A DNA stretch of 56,278 nucleotides, from positions 1 to 56,278 of the forward strand of contig JAOUHN010000003.1 of assembly GCA_029865125.1 (NCBI GenBank), given 5' to 3'. A program made the position numbers and the translations under genes. The DNA comes from Candidatus Moraniibacteriota bacterium (GTDB lineage: Bacteria; Patescibacteriota; Minisyncoccia; Moranbacterales; UBA9337). Below, piece after piece: positions 1 to 6,904 of the stretch; positions within the stretch are counted from its first letter, which is position 1; the number at the start of each line of letters is the position of its first letter. The notes beneath the pieces were generated by a model that was given only the letters and a program-made list of their open reading frames with translations, did not search any database and was not told the DNA's origin.

Positions 1-2
1 CA

Positions 3-554
3 GATAAGATTATATTAGAAAATGCCTGGAAGAAAAGGAGAGATAAAAAAAATATGCCGTTCAAAATAGTTGATGCGTTTGATTGTTATTTTTTATGCAA
101 TACTTTCTCAAGAGGAGATATTTTTAAGAATTATCCTGCTAGGAAATTTATAGGGATGCTTGATTTTGATGATGCATATGATAAGTGGGAAGAATTAAGA
201 AGAGGAAAAAAGAAATCAAAATTTATCGATTATGAGACGAACAAGAAAAAAGGTTTAACTATAAAATATCAAAATGAGAGTGGATATATTTTTTTATTGC
301 CCGTTCCTGATATTAGGGATAAATATGCTGATGTTGATTTTGGTAAATCGTATTTAAGTATTGAGTTATTATTTTCAGATGAATTACTTAAGGATTATGT
401 TGAAGAAATTCCTGTGGCGGGGGGAGTTACCTTGAAAAAGATGAAGGATTCGAAGAAAAATGATTTTTCAATGAAAGTGAAAAATTTTAAGAGAGAAGAT
501 TTTGATAACTTTGAAAATATGCTTAATATTATTGAAAAAATACTTAATGAATGA
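3..554 (+). CDS. hypothetical protein; the frame is open to the left window edge, so this may be the C-terminal part of a longer protein (first in-window ATG at 54)
   Basis: ORF track 54..554. Codons 3..53 in the same frame contain no stop. GGAG at 37-40 lies 13 nt before ATG 54, so an internal start is also possible. The motif order LDFDD ... SIELLF faintly recalls TOPRIM/DUF4435-type proteins, which I cannot verify. Confidence 0.5.
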   Translation, partial: DKIILENAWKKRRDKKNMPFKIVDAFDCYFLCNTFSRGDIFKNYPARKFIGMLDFDDAYDKWEELRRGKKKSKFIDYETNKKKGLTIKYQNESGYIFLLPVPDIRDKYADVDFGKSYLSIELLFSDELLKDYVEEIPVAGGVTLKKMKDSKKNDFSMKVKNFKREDFDNFENMLNIIEKILNE

Positions 555-581
555 CCTATCGCACTTTATTTTTCAAAGAAT

Positions 582-617
582 GAAAATGGTTTTCATGTGA
601 GGATTCAGGATGACAAG
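582..617 (+). repeat. 36-bp intergenic copy (33/36 identical) of the coding segment 806..841
   Basis: gaaaatggttttcatgtgaggattcaggatgacaag versus gagaacggttttcatgtgaggattcaggaggacaag, read directly. Confidence 0.85.
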
Positions 618-632
618 TTTTTGTGGGGTTGA

Positions 633-665
633 GATCTCTCGACTCATCCCTCGCTCGAGATGACA
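633..665 (+). repeat. diverged single hairpin unit ending in GATGACA (possibly related to family A/B termini)
   Basis: gatctc(tc)ga ... tcgagatgaca; the stem atctcga/tcgagat and the terminal atgaca match the right ends of family A. Confidence 0.3.
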
Positions 666-715
666 TTTAAATACACCCTTTATTATTCGACTGAGTGTAG
701 TAGAATATATTTAGC

Positions 716-979
716 ATGAAAAAGCACATCATCTTATACATAATAGTTTTTTTGGTCACAGCTCTTGTTGTTTTTCTGGTGGCTGTTTTTGATGTTTCTG
801 GGGATGAGAACGGTTTTCATGTGAGGATTCAGGAGGACAAGAAGGTTCTTTTGAAAAAGATTGTGAGAAAGGTGAGCGGAGTGGTGTATCGTGAGGCGAC
901 GGAGCACAATCCGGAGGGAGACATGCTCCCGGATGAGATTGATGATATGATCAAAGGAGAGATAAAAGAAAGATTCTAA
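716..979 (+). CDS. small membrane-anchored hypothetical protein (87 aa)
   Basis: ATG ORF with an N-terminal hydrophobic helix (IILYIIVFLVTALVVFLVAVF). No recognisable family. Confidence 0.5.
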   Translation: MKKHIILYIIVFLVTALVVFLVAVFDVSGDENGFHVRIQEDKKVLLKKIVRKVSGVVYREATEHNPEGDMLPDEIDDMIKGEIKERF

Positions 980-991
980 ATTGAAAAACAA

Positions 992-1213
992 ATGAGAATA
1001 TATGTGAAAGTGAACCCCAGGTCTTCGAAAAACGAAGTGACGAAAACCGGAGAAGGGGAGTATAAGGTGAAATTGACAGCGCCTCCCGTTGACGGGAAGG
1101 CCAATATTATGTTATTAAAGGTACTGTCAGAGCACTTTGGTGTTTCAAGGAGTTCTTTGAAGATTGTTGGCGGAAAGTCCGCCAGAATTAAAATGGTGGA
1201 CATCGATGAATAA
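992..1213 (+). CDS. DUF167 / YggU-family protein
   Basis: 73 aa. The pattern VKV.P.S.KNEV...G...VKLTAPPVDGKAN..L...L......S...IV.G..SR.K is typical of UPF0235/YggU. Confidence 0.8.
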   Translation: MRIYVKVNPRSSKNEVTKTGEGEYKVKLTAPPVDGKANIMLLKVLSEHFGVSRSSLKIVGGKSARIKMVDIDE

Positions 1214-1242
1214 ACGAGAATTTCAAATTGGGGGATGAAATT

Positions 1243-2097
1243 ATGAGCGGGATAAAAGTTTTTGCTAATCTTGATCTAGAAACAAGATATATTCTGTTGG
1301 TTGAGTCCGAAAGCCTTGCGATGGTGCAAGACAGAATCAATGAAGAAGTTGCTAATATTTTCAATGTAGCATCAAAGGTAGAAAATCCGTGTGACCTTGG
1401 AAAATATTGCATCGTGATCGATTTCAATAAAACCTATGCCGTTTGGCATGTGCGAGATAAGTTTGAAAATACTATAAAGGTTAAAATCCCTGAGATATTA
1501 TTGAACATAGATGTGCAATTTTATCTTCCAAAGATCTTCAAGCAAGGTCTTATGATTTTTTCTGATAAAATAGAAAATTTCCCTGAGAGCGTAGAGGATT
1601 TTCAAAAACTTCTCAAGGAAAAGGTGGAGTCTTTCTCTGAGAGACAAGCGGTTATAAATCGATGCCTTAGAAAAAGCGTTGGGTTGGATGACATTGAGGT
1701 CGTCAAAAAACCCGTCAGCGTTTGGTATTCTCGCCCGTTTAGAATTCTGGAAGCGGTTCAGGATCCAAACTCTAGCGAGTTTCGTTTTTGGGGAATTTCG
1801 CAGAAGAATGATCGTGATAAGATGATACAATTTCTGAGGGCGGTGCATGCTCTTGAGATTAAAGTTCCTGACGGGATAAATTTAGCTTTTACCTTCTATC
1901 ATGCGGAATGCTACTGCGATTTTAAGGCGGGTTGCTTTGACGTAAGAGATTCTGGAATTGAAAAGCTGAGAATACATCTTGGTGAGTTTGAGGCAAATCA
2001 AGATAATTTCGAGAAATGGTTGACTCAGATGCTTCGGATTAGATTTCAAAGAATCGCATCAACAGCTTCTGCTATAGTTTTGGCGCTAAAAAACTGA
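1243..2097 (+). CDS. hypothetical protein; its C-terminal half is paralogous to the next ORF
   Basis: The ORF track starts at TTG 1228. ATG 1243 is preceded by GGGGGA 7 nt upstream. FRFWGISQKNDRDKMIQFLRAVHALEIKVPDG aligns with MSFWGLVSRDRHDMSKFLKMMLDLELLAPRG of ORF 2148..2591. Confidence 0.7.
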   Translation: MSGIKVFANLDLETRYILLVESESLAMVQDRINEEVANIFNVASKVENPCDLGKYCIVIDFNKTYAVWHVRDKFENTIKVKIPEILLNIDVQFYLPKIFKQGLMIFSDKIENFPESVEDFQKLLKEKVESFSERQAVINRCLRKSVGLDDIEVVKKPVSVWYSRPFRILEAVQDPNSSEFRFWGISQKNDRDKMIQFLRAVHALEIKVPDGINLAFTFYHAECYCDFKAGCFDVRDSGIEKLRIHLGEFEANQDNFEKWLTQMLRIRFQRIASTASAIVLALKN

Positions 2098-2147
2098 ACT
2101 ACGATTTTAGGTATTAATAAAGCTCATCATGAAAGAGGGAGGTGGAC

Positions 2148-2591
2148 ATGAAAGTCTTTATGAATCCAGATAGTAACCCATGGTTTTTTGTGAGAGTCTT
2201 GCTAGGTCAGATGAATATGAGTTTCTGGGGATTGGTGTCCCGAGATCGCCATGATATGAGCAAGTTTTTGAAAATGATGCTTGATCTTGAATTACTTGCT
2301 CCTAGGGGAAAGGAATATCTGGCCATATTCGGTGTTTCACTTGATTTTTGTGAAATCTGGTTGTGCAATGCCAGAGAGATTCCAGATGAAGATGTTTATT
2401 CGCGTGGTCAAATAATCTCATCTGGCCCGAACGAGGTTGTGGGTGCCACATATGACGTAAATGTGGCACAAATATCCTTGGAATTCTTTCGAAACAATGA
2501 GTGTGAATTCAAGGCAAAACTCATTGAGCATTTGAAAAATAATCTCGGAATCGCTGGAGGAAAACTGTCAGAGGCGGCAGCTCTTTTATGA
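2148..2591 (+). CDS. hypothetical protein, paralog of the C-terminal domain of ORF 1243..2097
   Basis: The ORF track starts at GTG 2142. ATG 2148 follows AGGGAGG with a 5-nt spacer. Similarity to the previous ORF was seen by eye. Confidence 0.7.
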   Translation: MKVFMNPDSNPWFFVRVLLGQMNMSFWGLVSRDRHDMSKFLKMMLDLELLAPRGKEYLAIFGVSLDFCEIWLCNAREIPDEDVYSRGQIISSGPNEVVGATYDVNVAQISLEFFRNNECEFKAKLIEHLKNNLGIAGGKLSEAAALL

Positions 2592-2615
2592 ATTTCAAAC
2601 CGTATTTAATTACAC

Positions 2616-2658
2616 AGGCCATCTGGATTTAGGAGGAATCCGGATAGCCTGTTTTTTT
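2616..2658 (+). terminator. intrinsic terminator
   Basis: aggccatctggatt / aatccggatagcct stem (one mismatch, one wobble) followed by gttttttt. Confidence 0.6.
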
Positions 2659-2676
2659 ATTTGCTATAATACACTC

Positions 2677-4146
2677 ATGAACATCACAAAATCAAAAATA
2701 TTTTTGGTTCTTTTCCTGAGTTTTATCGGAGGCGTCTTTTGGGCGTCTTTTTTTGATGCAGGAATTATTTTTGTTTTGGTGCTTTTGATTTTTGCAATCA
2801 TTGTTTTTTCTCTCAGTCACAGGAACAAAATTGTTTTGACTGCAGCTTTTGCAGTTCTGTTTTTTGCTTTGGGAATTTGGAAGATGAATGACAGTGTGAG
2901 TGTGTTGGATGAATTGGAGTGGAATGAGCGTGACATTTCCTCAAGGGCAATCATCATCAAGGAGCCTGAGATGAAAGAGAAATATCAAAAAGTGATTGTG
3001 AGATTTGAAAACGAGGATGAGTTGGGAATTGGAAAAGTTCTTCTCAGGGCGGATTTGTTTGATGAATTGGAATATGGTGATGTGCTCGATTTGAATTGCA
3101 AACTGGAAGTGCCAAAAAACTTTTCTGACGATTTTGATTATCGGATGTATCTCGCCAAAGACAAGATTCACTATTTGTGTCAAAATCCCAGCTTCAAAAA
3201 GACAGGAGAAAATTCGGGAAACATTTTGTATCACTGGATTTTGAAAGGGAGAAAAAAATGTGAAGAAAAAATTGACACACTCATTCCAGCGCCTGGAGCA
3301 GCACTTGCAAATGGACTTTTGTTTGGAGGTGACGACAGACTCTCAAAGAGTATGCAGGAAAAATTTTCAAAAACAGGAATGACTCACATTGTGGCTGTGT
3401 CGGGATACAACGTCACAATCATTGCAGAATATTTGATTTTTTTGGGAATATTCTTGGGACTTTGGAGAAAGCAAGCTTTCTATGCAGCTGTGGCGGGAAT
3501 CCTTCTTTTTGTGGTCATGATTGGACTTCCCAGTTCAGGGATTCGAGCAGGAATCATGGGAACACTTCTTCTGTGGGCGGCGAAAAACGGTCGGATTGCC
3601 AGCGCCTACAACGCGATCATTTGCGCAGGGGGAATCATGGTTTTTGCAAATCCGCTTCTTCTCAGGTGGGACATCGGCTTTCAGCTTTCTTTTTTGGCAG
3701 CTCTTGGAATCATTGCCACAGGATCTTTTTGGGAAGAATTTTTCATCAAAAAATTTCGCGCTTTCGGATTCACTGAAGTGGTGTGCATGACAGTGAGCGC
3801 TCAAATTTTTGTGCTTCCAATCATTCTTTTCAATTTCAAAATTTTTTCAGTCGTGTCACTTTTTGCCAATTTGCTCATTCTCACAATCATCCCAATCACA
3901 ATGCTTTTGGTTTTTCTCACTGTTGTTTTTGGATTCATTTTCCCTCCACTTGCGGTCATTTTTTCTTGGATCGCGCATATTTTTTTGAGATATGAAGTGG
4001 GAGTGATTGACTGGCTTTCAGGTTTTTCTTGGGCAAGCACGGAGGTGAGCAGTTTCAGTTGGCCATGGATTGTTGTGTGGTATGCAGTGTTGACTTATGC
4101 CGTGGTCAAGATGAACAAATATCTGAAAGAAAGAGAAGAGGAATAG
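2677..4146 (+). CDS. comEC: ComEC/Rec2 DNA internalisation channel protein (DUF4131 plus competence membrane domain), lacking the MBL domain
   Basis: 489 aa, polytopic. The MTHIVAVSGYNVTIIA segment is typical of the ComEC competence domain, with an N-terminal OB-like region. The protein ends before any beta-lactamase-fold motif. Confidence 0.8.
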   Translation: MNITKSKIFLVLFLSFIGGVFWASFFDAGIIFVLVLLIFAIIVFSLSHRNKIVLTAAFAVLFFALGIWKMNDSVSVLDELEWNERDISSRAIIIKEPEMKEKYQKVIVRFENEDELGIGKVLLRADLFDELEYGDVLDLNCKLEVPKNFSDDFDYRMYLAKDKIHYLCQNPSFKKTGENSGNILYHWILKGRKKCEEKIDTLIPAPGAALANGLLFGGDDRLSKSMQEKFSKTGMTHIVAVSGYNVTIIAEYLIFLGIFLGLWRKQAFYAAVAGILLFVVMIGLPSSGIRAGIMGTLLLWAAKNGRIASAYNAIICAGGIMVFANPLLLRWDIGFQLSFLAALGIIATGSFWEEFFIKKFRAFGFTEVVCMTVSAQIFVLPIILFNFKIFSVVSLFANLLILTIIPITMLLVFLTVVFGFIFPPLAVIFSWIAHIFLRYEVGVIDWLSGFSWASTEVSSFSWPWIVVWYAVLTYAVVKMNKYLKEREEE

Positions 4147-4178
4147 TGGTATAATTTACGAGTGGTGCTAACCATCCT

Positions 4179-4313
4179 GTCATTCCGGAAAGTATAATTT
4201 CTTGGGTGAGGTGCGAGTCCTGTCGTTCGCGAACGACAGGACGAATCCAAAGAAATTAACTTATCCGGAATCCATCCTCAATTAAGTGCAGTAAATATAT
4301 ATTTACAGTAAAT
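4179..4313 (+). repeat. family B nested-palindrome element, left half only, carrying an extra 22-bp perfect palindrome (4219..4240)
   Basis: gtcattccggaaagtataatttcttgg ... aattaacttatccggaatccat aligns with the left half of 25589..25775. cctgtcgttcgcgaacgacagg is inserted. No right terminus is present. Confidence 0.75.
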
Positions 4314-4347
4314 GAAAAACTAACAAGTATTGTCATTAAATGAAACC

Positions 4348-5208
4348 ATGAAAAACAGAAAAATAATTTATTGGTCACTGGGCTTTCTTTTTGTCACAAG
4401 CATAATTCTGGGAAGCATTTTGTTGTTTTTGGGAAGTGATTCAAAAACAAAAGTAACTTTCTTGGATGTGGGACAAGGAGACAGCATTTTGATTTCAAAT
4501 GGAAGTGCGCAAATACTCGTTGACGGCGGAGAAAGCAGAAAGGTTCTTTTGGAAAAATTGGGAAGACTCATTCCGTTTTGGGACAGGAAAATTGAGGTGC
4601 TTGTTCTGACTCATCCGGATGCTGATCATGTCAGTGGTCTTTTGGGAGTGCTTCAGAGCTATGAAGTGAAATTAATTGTTGTGACAGGATATGATTCTCA
4701 AACCAAGGTTCAACAAGCCTGGGAGAAATTGATTGAGCAGGAAAATGCAGATGTGGTTGATGCGGTTCAAGGAACAAAAATTGTGGCAGGGAGCAATTTG
4801 ACGGCTGAAATTTTGTTTCCTTTCTATTCTGTTGATGTGAGTGGAAAAGGAAAATCAAATAACTCAAGTGTGGTCATGAAAATTCAATCAGGGCAAAAAA
4901 GTTTTCTGCTCACAGGAGACATTGCCAAGCGAGAGGAAAACGAAATGATTGAGAGAGGAATTGATTTGAGCGCAGATGTTTTGAAGGTGGCTCATCACGG
5001 ATCCAAAAATTCCACAGGTGAAAAATTCTTGAGTGCAGTTGACCCAAGTGAAGCGATAATCTCAGTTGGGGCGGACAACAAATATGGTCATCCGCACGAG
5101 AATACTTTGAGTGCTCTTGGAAATGGTGAGATAGAGGTTTTGAGAACTGACAAAGAAGGGGATGTTGCGTATGAGTGTGATGATAAAAAATGTGAATTGA
5201 TTGAATAA
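4348..5208 (+). CDS. membrane-anchored MBL-fold hydrolase corresponding to the ComEC C-terminal metallo-beta-lactamase domain
   Basis: VTFLDVGQGDSILI ... VDGG ... LVLTHPDADHVSGL ... VAHHGS motifs with an N-terminal TM helix. The ORF track starts at TTG 4330 and the first ATG is at 4348. Confidence 0.8.
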   Translation: MKNRKIIYWSLGFLFVTSIILGSILLFLGSDSKTKVTFLDVGQGDSILISNGSAQILVDGGESRKVLLEKLGRLIPFWDRKIEVLVLTHPDADHVSGLLGVLQSYEVKLIVVTGYDSQTKVQQAWEKLIEQENADVVDAVQGTKIVAGSNLTAEILFPFYSVDVSGKGKSNNSSVVMKIQSGQKSFLLTGDIAKREENEMIERGIDLSADVLKVAHHGSKNSTGEKFLSAVDPSEAIISVGADNKYGHPHENTLSALGNGEIEVLRTDKEGDVAYECDDKKCELIE

Positions 5209-5305
5209 GTTTATTTTTAGGATTTTTCTTTTGACTTTTCAACCCCGGGTTGATCCGCCTTGGGTGGATGAATTTGAACTTTTGACTCTATTGTGGATAA
5301 CTCTC

Positions 5306-5333
5306 TTGACAGAAAGAGAAAAAGTGGGATAAT
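5306..5333 (+). promoter_or_regulatory. sigma70-like promoter (TTGACA, 16-nt spacer, TGg-GATAAT extended -10)
   Basis: TTGACA 5306-5311 and GATAAT 5328-5333 preceded by TGG. Confidence 0.5.
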
Positions 5334-5501
5334 CGGGGTACAGATCAAAAAAACAAAAATCACTATTAAAAACAGAATATCATAGATTAATGCATTGTAG
5401 CTTTGAAAACAAAAGACAGTTTCTTTTAGGGGAGTTGTCTTTTGTTATTTTCAAAAGAGGCAAAAAACAAAAAATCTTTTCCGTGCATAGGAGGGAAAGT
5501 C

Positions 5502-5642
5502 ATGTTAATCATCATCAAGGTATCATGGACAGAGACGTTTGAAATCATGAAAGAAAGCCCTATGTTCTACGAGCGTATGGAAATGGGCGAAAACGAAAAA
5601 GACATTATTGATCAATGCTACCGTTCCATGAATGGAATATAA
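5502..5642 (+). CDS. 46-aa small protein of unknown function
   Basis: ATG 5502 lies 6 nt after AGGAGGG (5489-5495). The ORF-track entry 5442..5642 is in the same frame. It has its own promoter and a structured 3' region. Confidence 0.45.
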   Translation: MLIIIKVSWTETFEIMKESPMFYERMEMGENEKDIIDQCYRSMNGI

Positions 5643-5673
5643 GGAGCATAGCTTGAGATGTATGCCTCTTAGT

Positions 5674-5755
5674 AGCCACCGGTTCGCAACATTGCGAAAG
5701 TGAAAGAAGAGTGACAATCACTCATTCTTTTCACAGCCGGCGGCTTTGTTTTTGT
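5674..5755 (+). terminator. three-way-junction RNA structure followed by a U-tract (complex terminator or small structured RNA)
   Basis: P1 agccaccgg/ccggcggct; P2 ttcgcaa/ttgcgaa; P3 gtgaaagaagagtga/tcactcattcttttcac; then tttgttttt. Confidence 0.4.
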
Positions 5756-5757
5756 AC

Positions 5758-5786
5758 TTGATATTTTTTTTGAAATTTGTTATTAT
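5758..5786 (+). promoter_or_regulatory. promoter for tRNA-Glu (TTGATA-17-TATTAT)
   Basis: Hexamers at 5758-5763 and 5781-5786. The tRNA begins at 5799. Confidence 0.5.
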
Positions 5787-5798
5787 CTTCTAAGTTAA

Positions 5799-5870
5799 GG
5801 CCCGTTCGTCTAGTGGCTAGGACGCCAGGTTCTCATCCTGGTAACAGGAGTTCGATTCTCCTACGGGCTA
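5799..5870 (+). tRNA. tRNA-Glu (anticodon CUC), CCA not encoded
   Basis: Cloverleaf folded by hand: acceptor ggcccgt/acgggct, anticodon stem ccagg/cctgg with loop ttCTCat, T arm ggagttcgattctcc. Confidence 0.9.
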
Positions 5871-5880
5871 CAAGAAAAAT

Positions 5881-5910
5881 AAAAACTGCTTTTCAAAAAG
5901 CAGTTTTTAT
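5881..5910 (+). terminator. intrinsic terminator after tRNA-Glu
   Basis: aaaactgc ... gcagtttt hairpin followed by tatttt. Confidence 0.7.
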
Positions 5911-6007
5911 TTTAGTTAAGTAGTTGATTAGTAAATTAGAAGTTTTTGTTGCATTTCTCATGTTATGTGTTTTATGTTTTATGCTTCATGTTCCATGCTA
6001 CATGACA
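5911..6007 (+). repeat. short-period arrays: four 8-mers TAGTTNNN (5913-5943), then seven heptads YATGYTN (5959-6007)
   Basis: tagttaag tagttgat tagtaaat tagaag; catgtta tgtgttt tatgttt tatgctt catgttc catgcta catgaca. Confidence 0.8.
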
Positions 6008-6012
6008 ACAGG

Positions 6013-6040
6013 TTGACATACTTTCTCTTTCTGGTAGTAT
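6013..6040 (+). promoter_or_regulatory. promoter for greA (TTGACA-16-TAGTAT)
   Basis: Hexamers at 6013-6018 and 6035-6040. Confidence 0.45.
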
Positions 6041-6110
6041 TATTTTGAAACATTACATATCAAAAGATTACCGTATGGTTAATCTTTTTAATTTTTAAGC
6101 TAAAAACAAA

Positions 6111-6566
6111 ATGACTAAACTTGTTACTCAAGAAGGATATAAAAAACTCAAAGATGAGTTGGAGCACAGAAAAACGACTGTTCGCCAGGAAATTGCACAA
6201 GCTATCAAAGAGGCCAAAGAACAAGGAGATTTGAGTGAAAATGCTGAATATAGCGAAGCTAAGAGACAACAAACTGAGAATGAAACCAGAGTTGCTCAGC
6301 TTGAAGTTATGATCAAAGAAGCTCAAATTGTTGAACACGATGAAGCTTCAGACACAATTGAAATCGGTTCCAGTGTTGATGTTGAGTTTGGTGGAAACAA
6401 AATGACTTTTCATATTGTTGGATCAAACGAGGCTGACCCAGGGGAAAACAAGATTTCAAACGAGTCTCCAATTGGAAAAGCTTTCATGGGAAAGAAAAAA
6501 GGAGACAGTGTGAATGTTGAAGTTCCAAGCGGAATTGTGAAATATTCAATCCTTGATGTGAAATAG
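6111..6566 (+). CDS. greA: transcription elongation factor GreA
   Basis: 151 aa. The N-terminal coiled coil contains GDLSENAEY and a C-terminal FKBP-like domain follows. Confidence 0.9.
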   Translation: MTKLVTQEGYKKLKDELEHRKTTVRQEIAQAIKEAKEQGDLSENAEYSEAKRQQTENETRVAQLEVMIKEAQIVEHDEASDTIEIGSSVDVEFGGNKMTFHIVGSNEADPGENKISNESPIGKAFMGKKKGDSVNVEVPSGIVKYSILDVK

Positions 6567-6580
6567 TTTTTATCCTTTCA

Positions 6581-6620
6581 AAAAACAGTCCTGATTTCTT
6601 CAGGACTGTTTTTGTTTTGA
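6581..6620 (+). terminator. intrinsic terminator after greA
   Basis: aaaaacagtcctg / caggactgttttt hairpin plus a T-run. Confidence 0.75.
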
Positions 6621-6638
6621 AAAATCCTGCACAATCGT

Positions 6639-6799
6639 GTCATTCTGAACTTGTTTCAGAATCCCTAGCAACTATCACTGACTCTATAAAATGGTCGTGC
6701 TACACATTTAATGCAATTACTGATTTATAATATTTACAGTGCTTGATTATGAGATCCTGAAACCCGCCCAAGGCGAGGCAAAGCAAGTTCAGGATGACA
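6639..6799 (+). repeat. family A twin-hairpin element with an expanded centre and a 22-nt insert in the right loop
   Basis: gtcattctgaacttgtttcagaatcc ... gatcctgaaa[cccgcccaaggcgaggcaaagc]aagttcaggatgaca. Confidence 0.85.
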
Positions 6800-6904
6800 A
6801 ATAGTATTAAGGTATTTTATTTCTCAACTCTCATTCCAATTGCATTTATTGCTTAAATAGGGTAAATTAGAATAGTTAATACGAGCAATAACTAGATCAA
6901 AAAA

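Noticed and set aside
552-632. Possible TGA read-through or recoding (genetic code 25), because the frame of ORF 3-554 stays open for 25 codons past its TGA into a duplicated coding fragment.
   Set aside because: Long housekeeping ORFs (lysS, pheT, dnaK, pyrG) are intact under the standard code with TGA as stop, and several genes end in TGA. A recoded genome would show many in-frame TGAs. The continuation is better explained as a duplication scar.
3462-3995. Alternative-frame + strand ORFs within comEC (3462-3776, 3521-3790, 3783-3995).
   Set aside because: They overlap the clear ComEC frame, and their translations are Arg/Ser/His-rich nonsense typical of off-frame reading.
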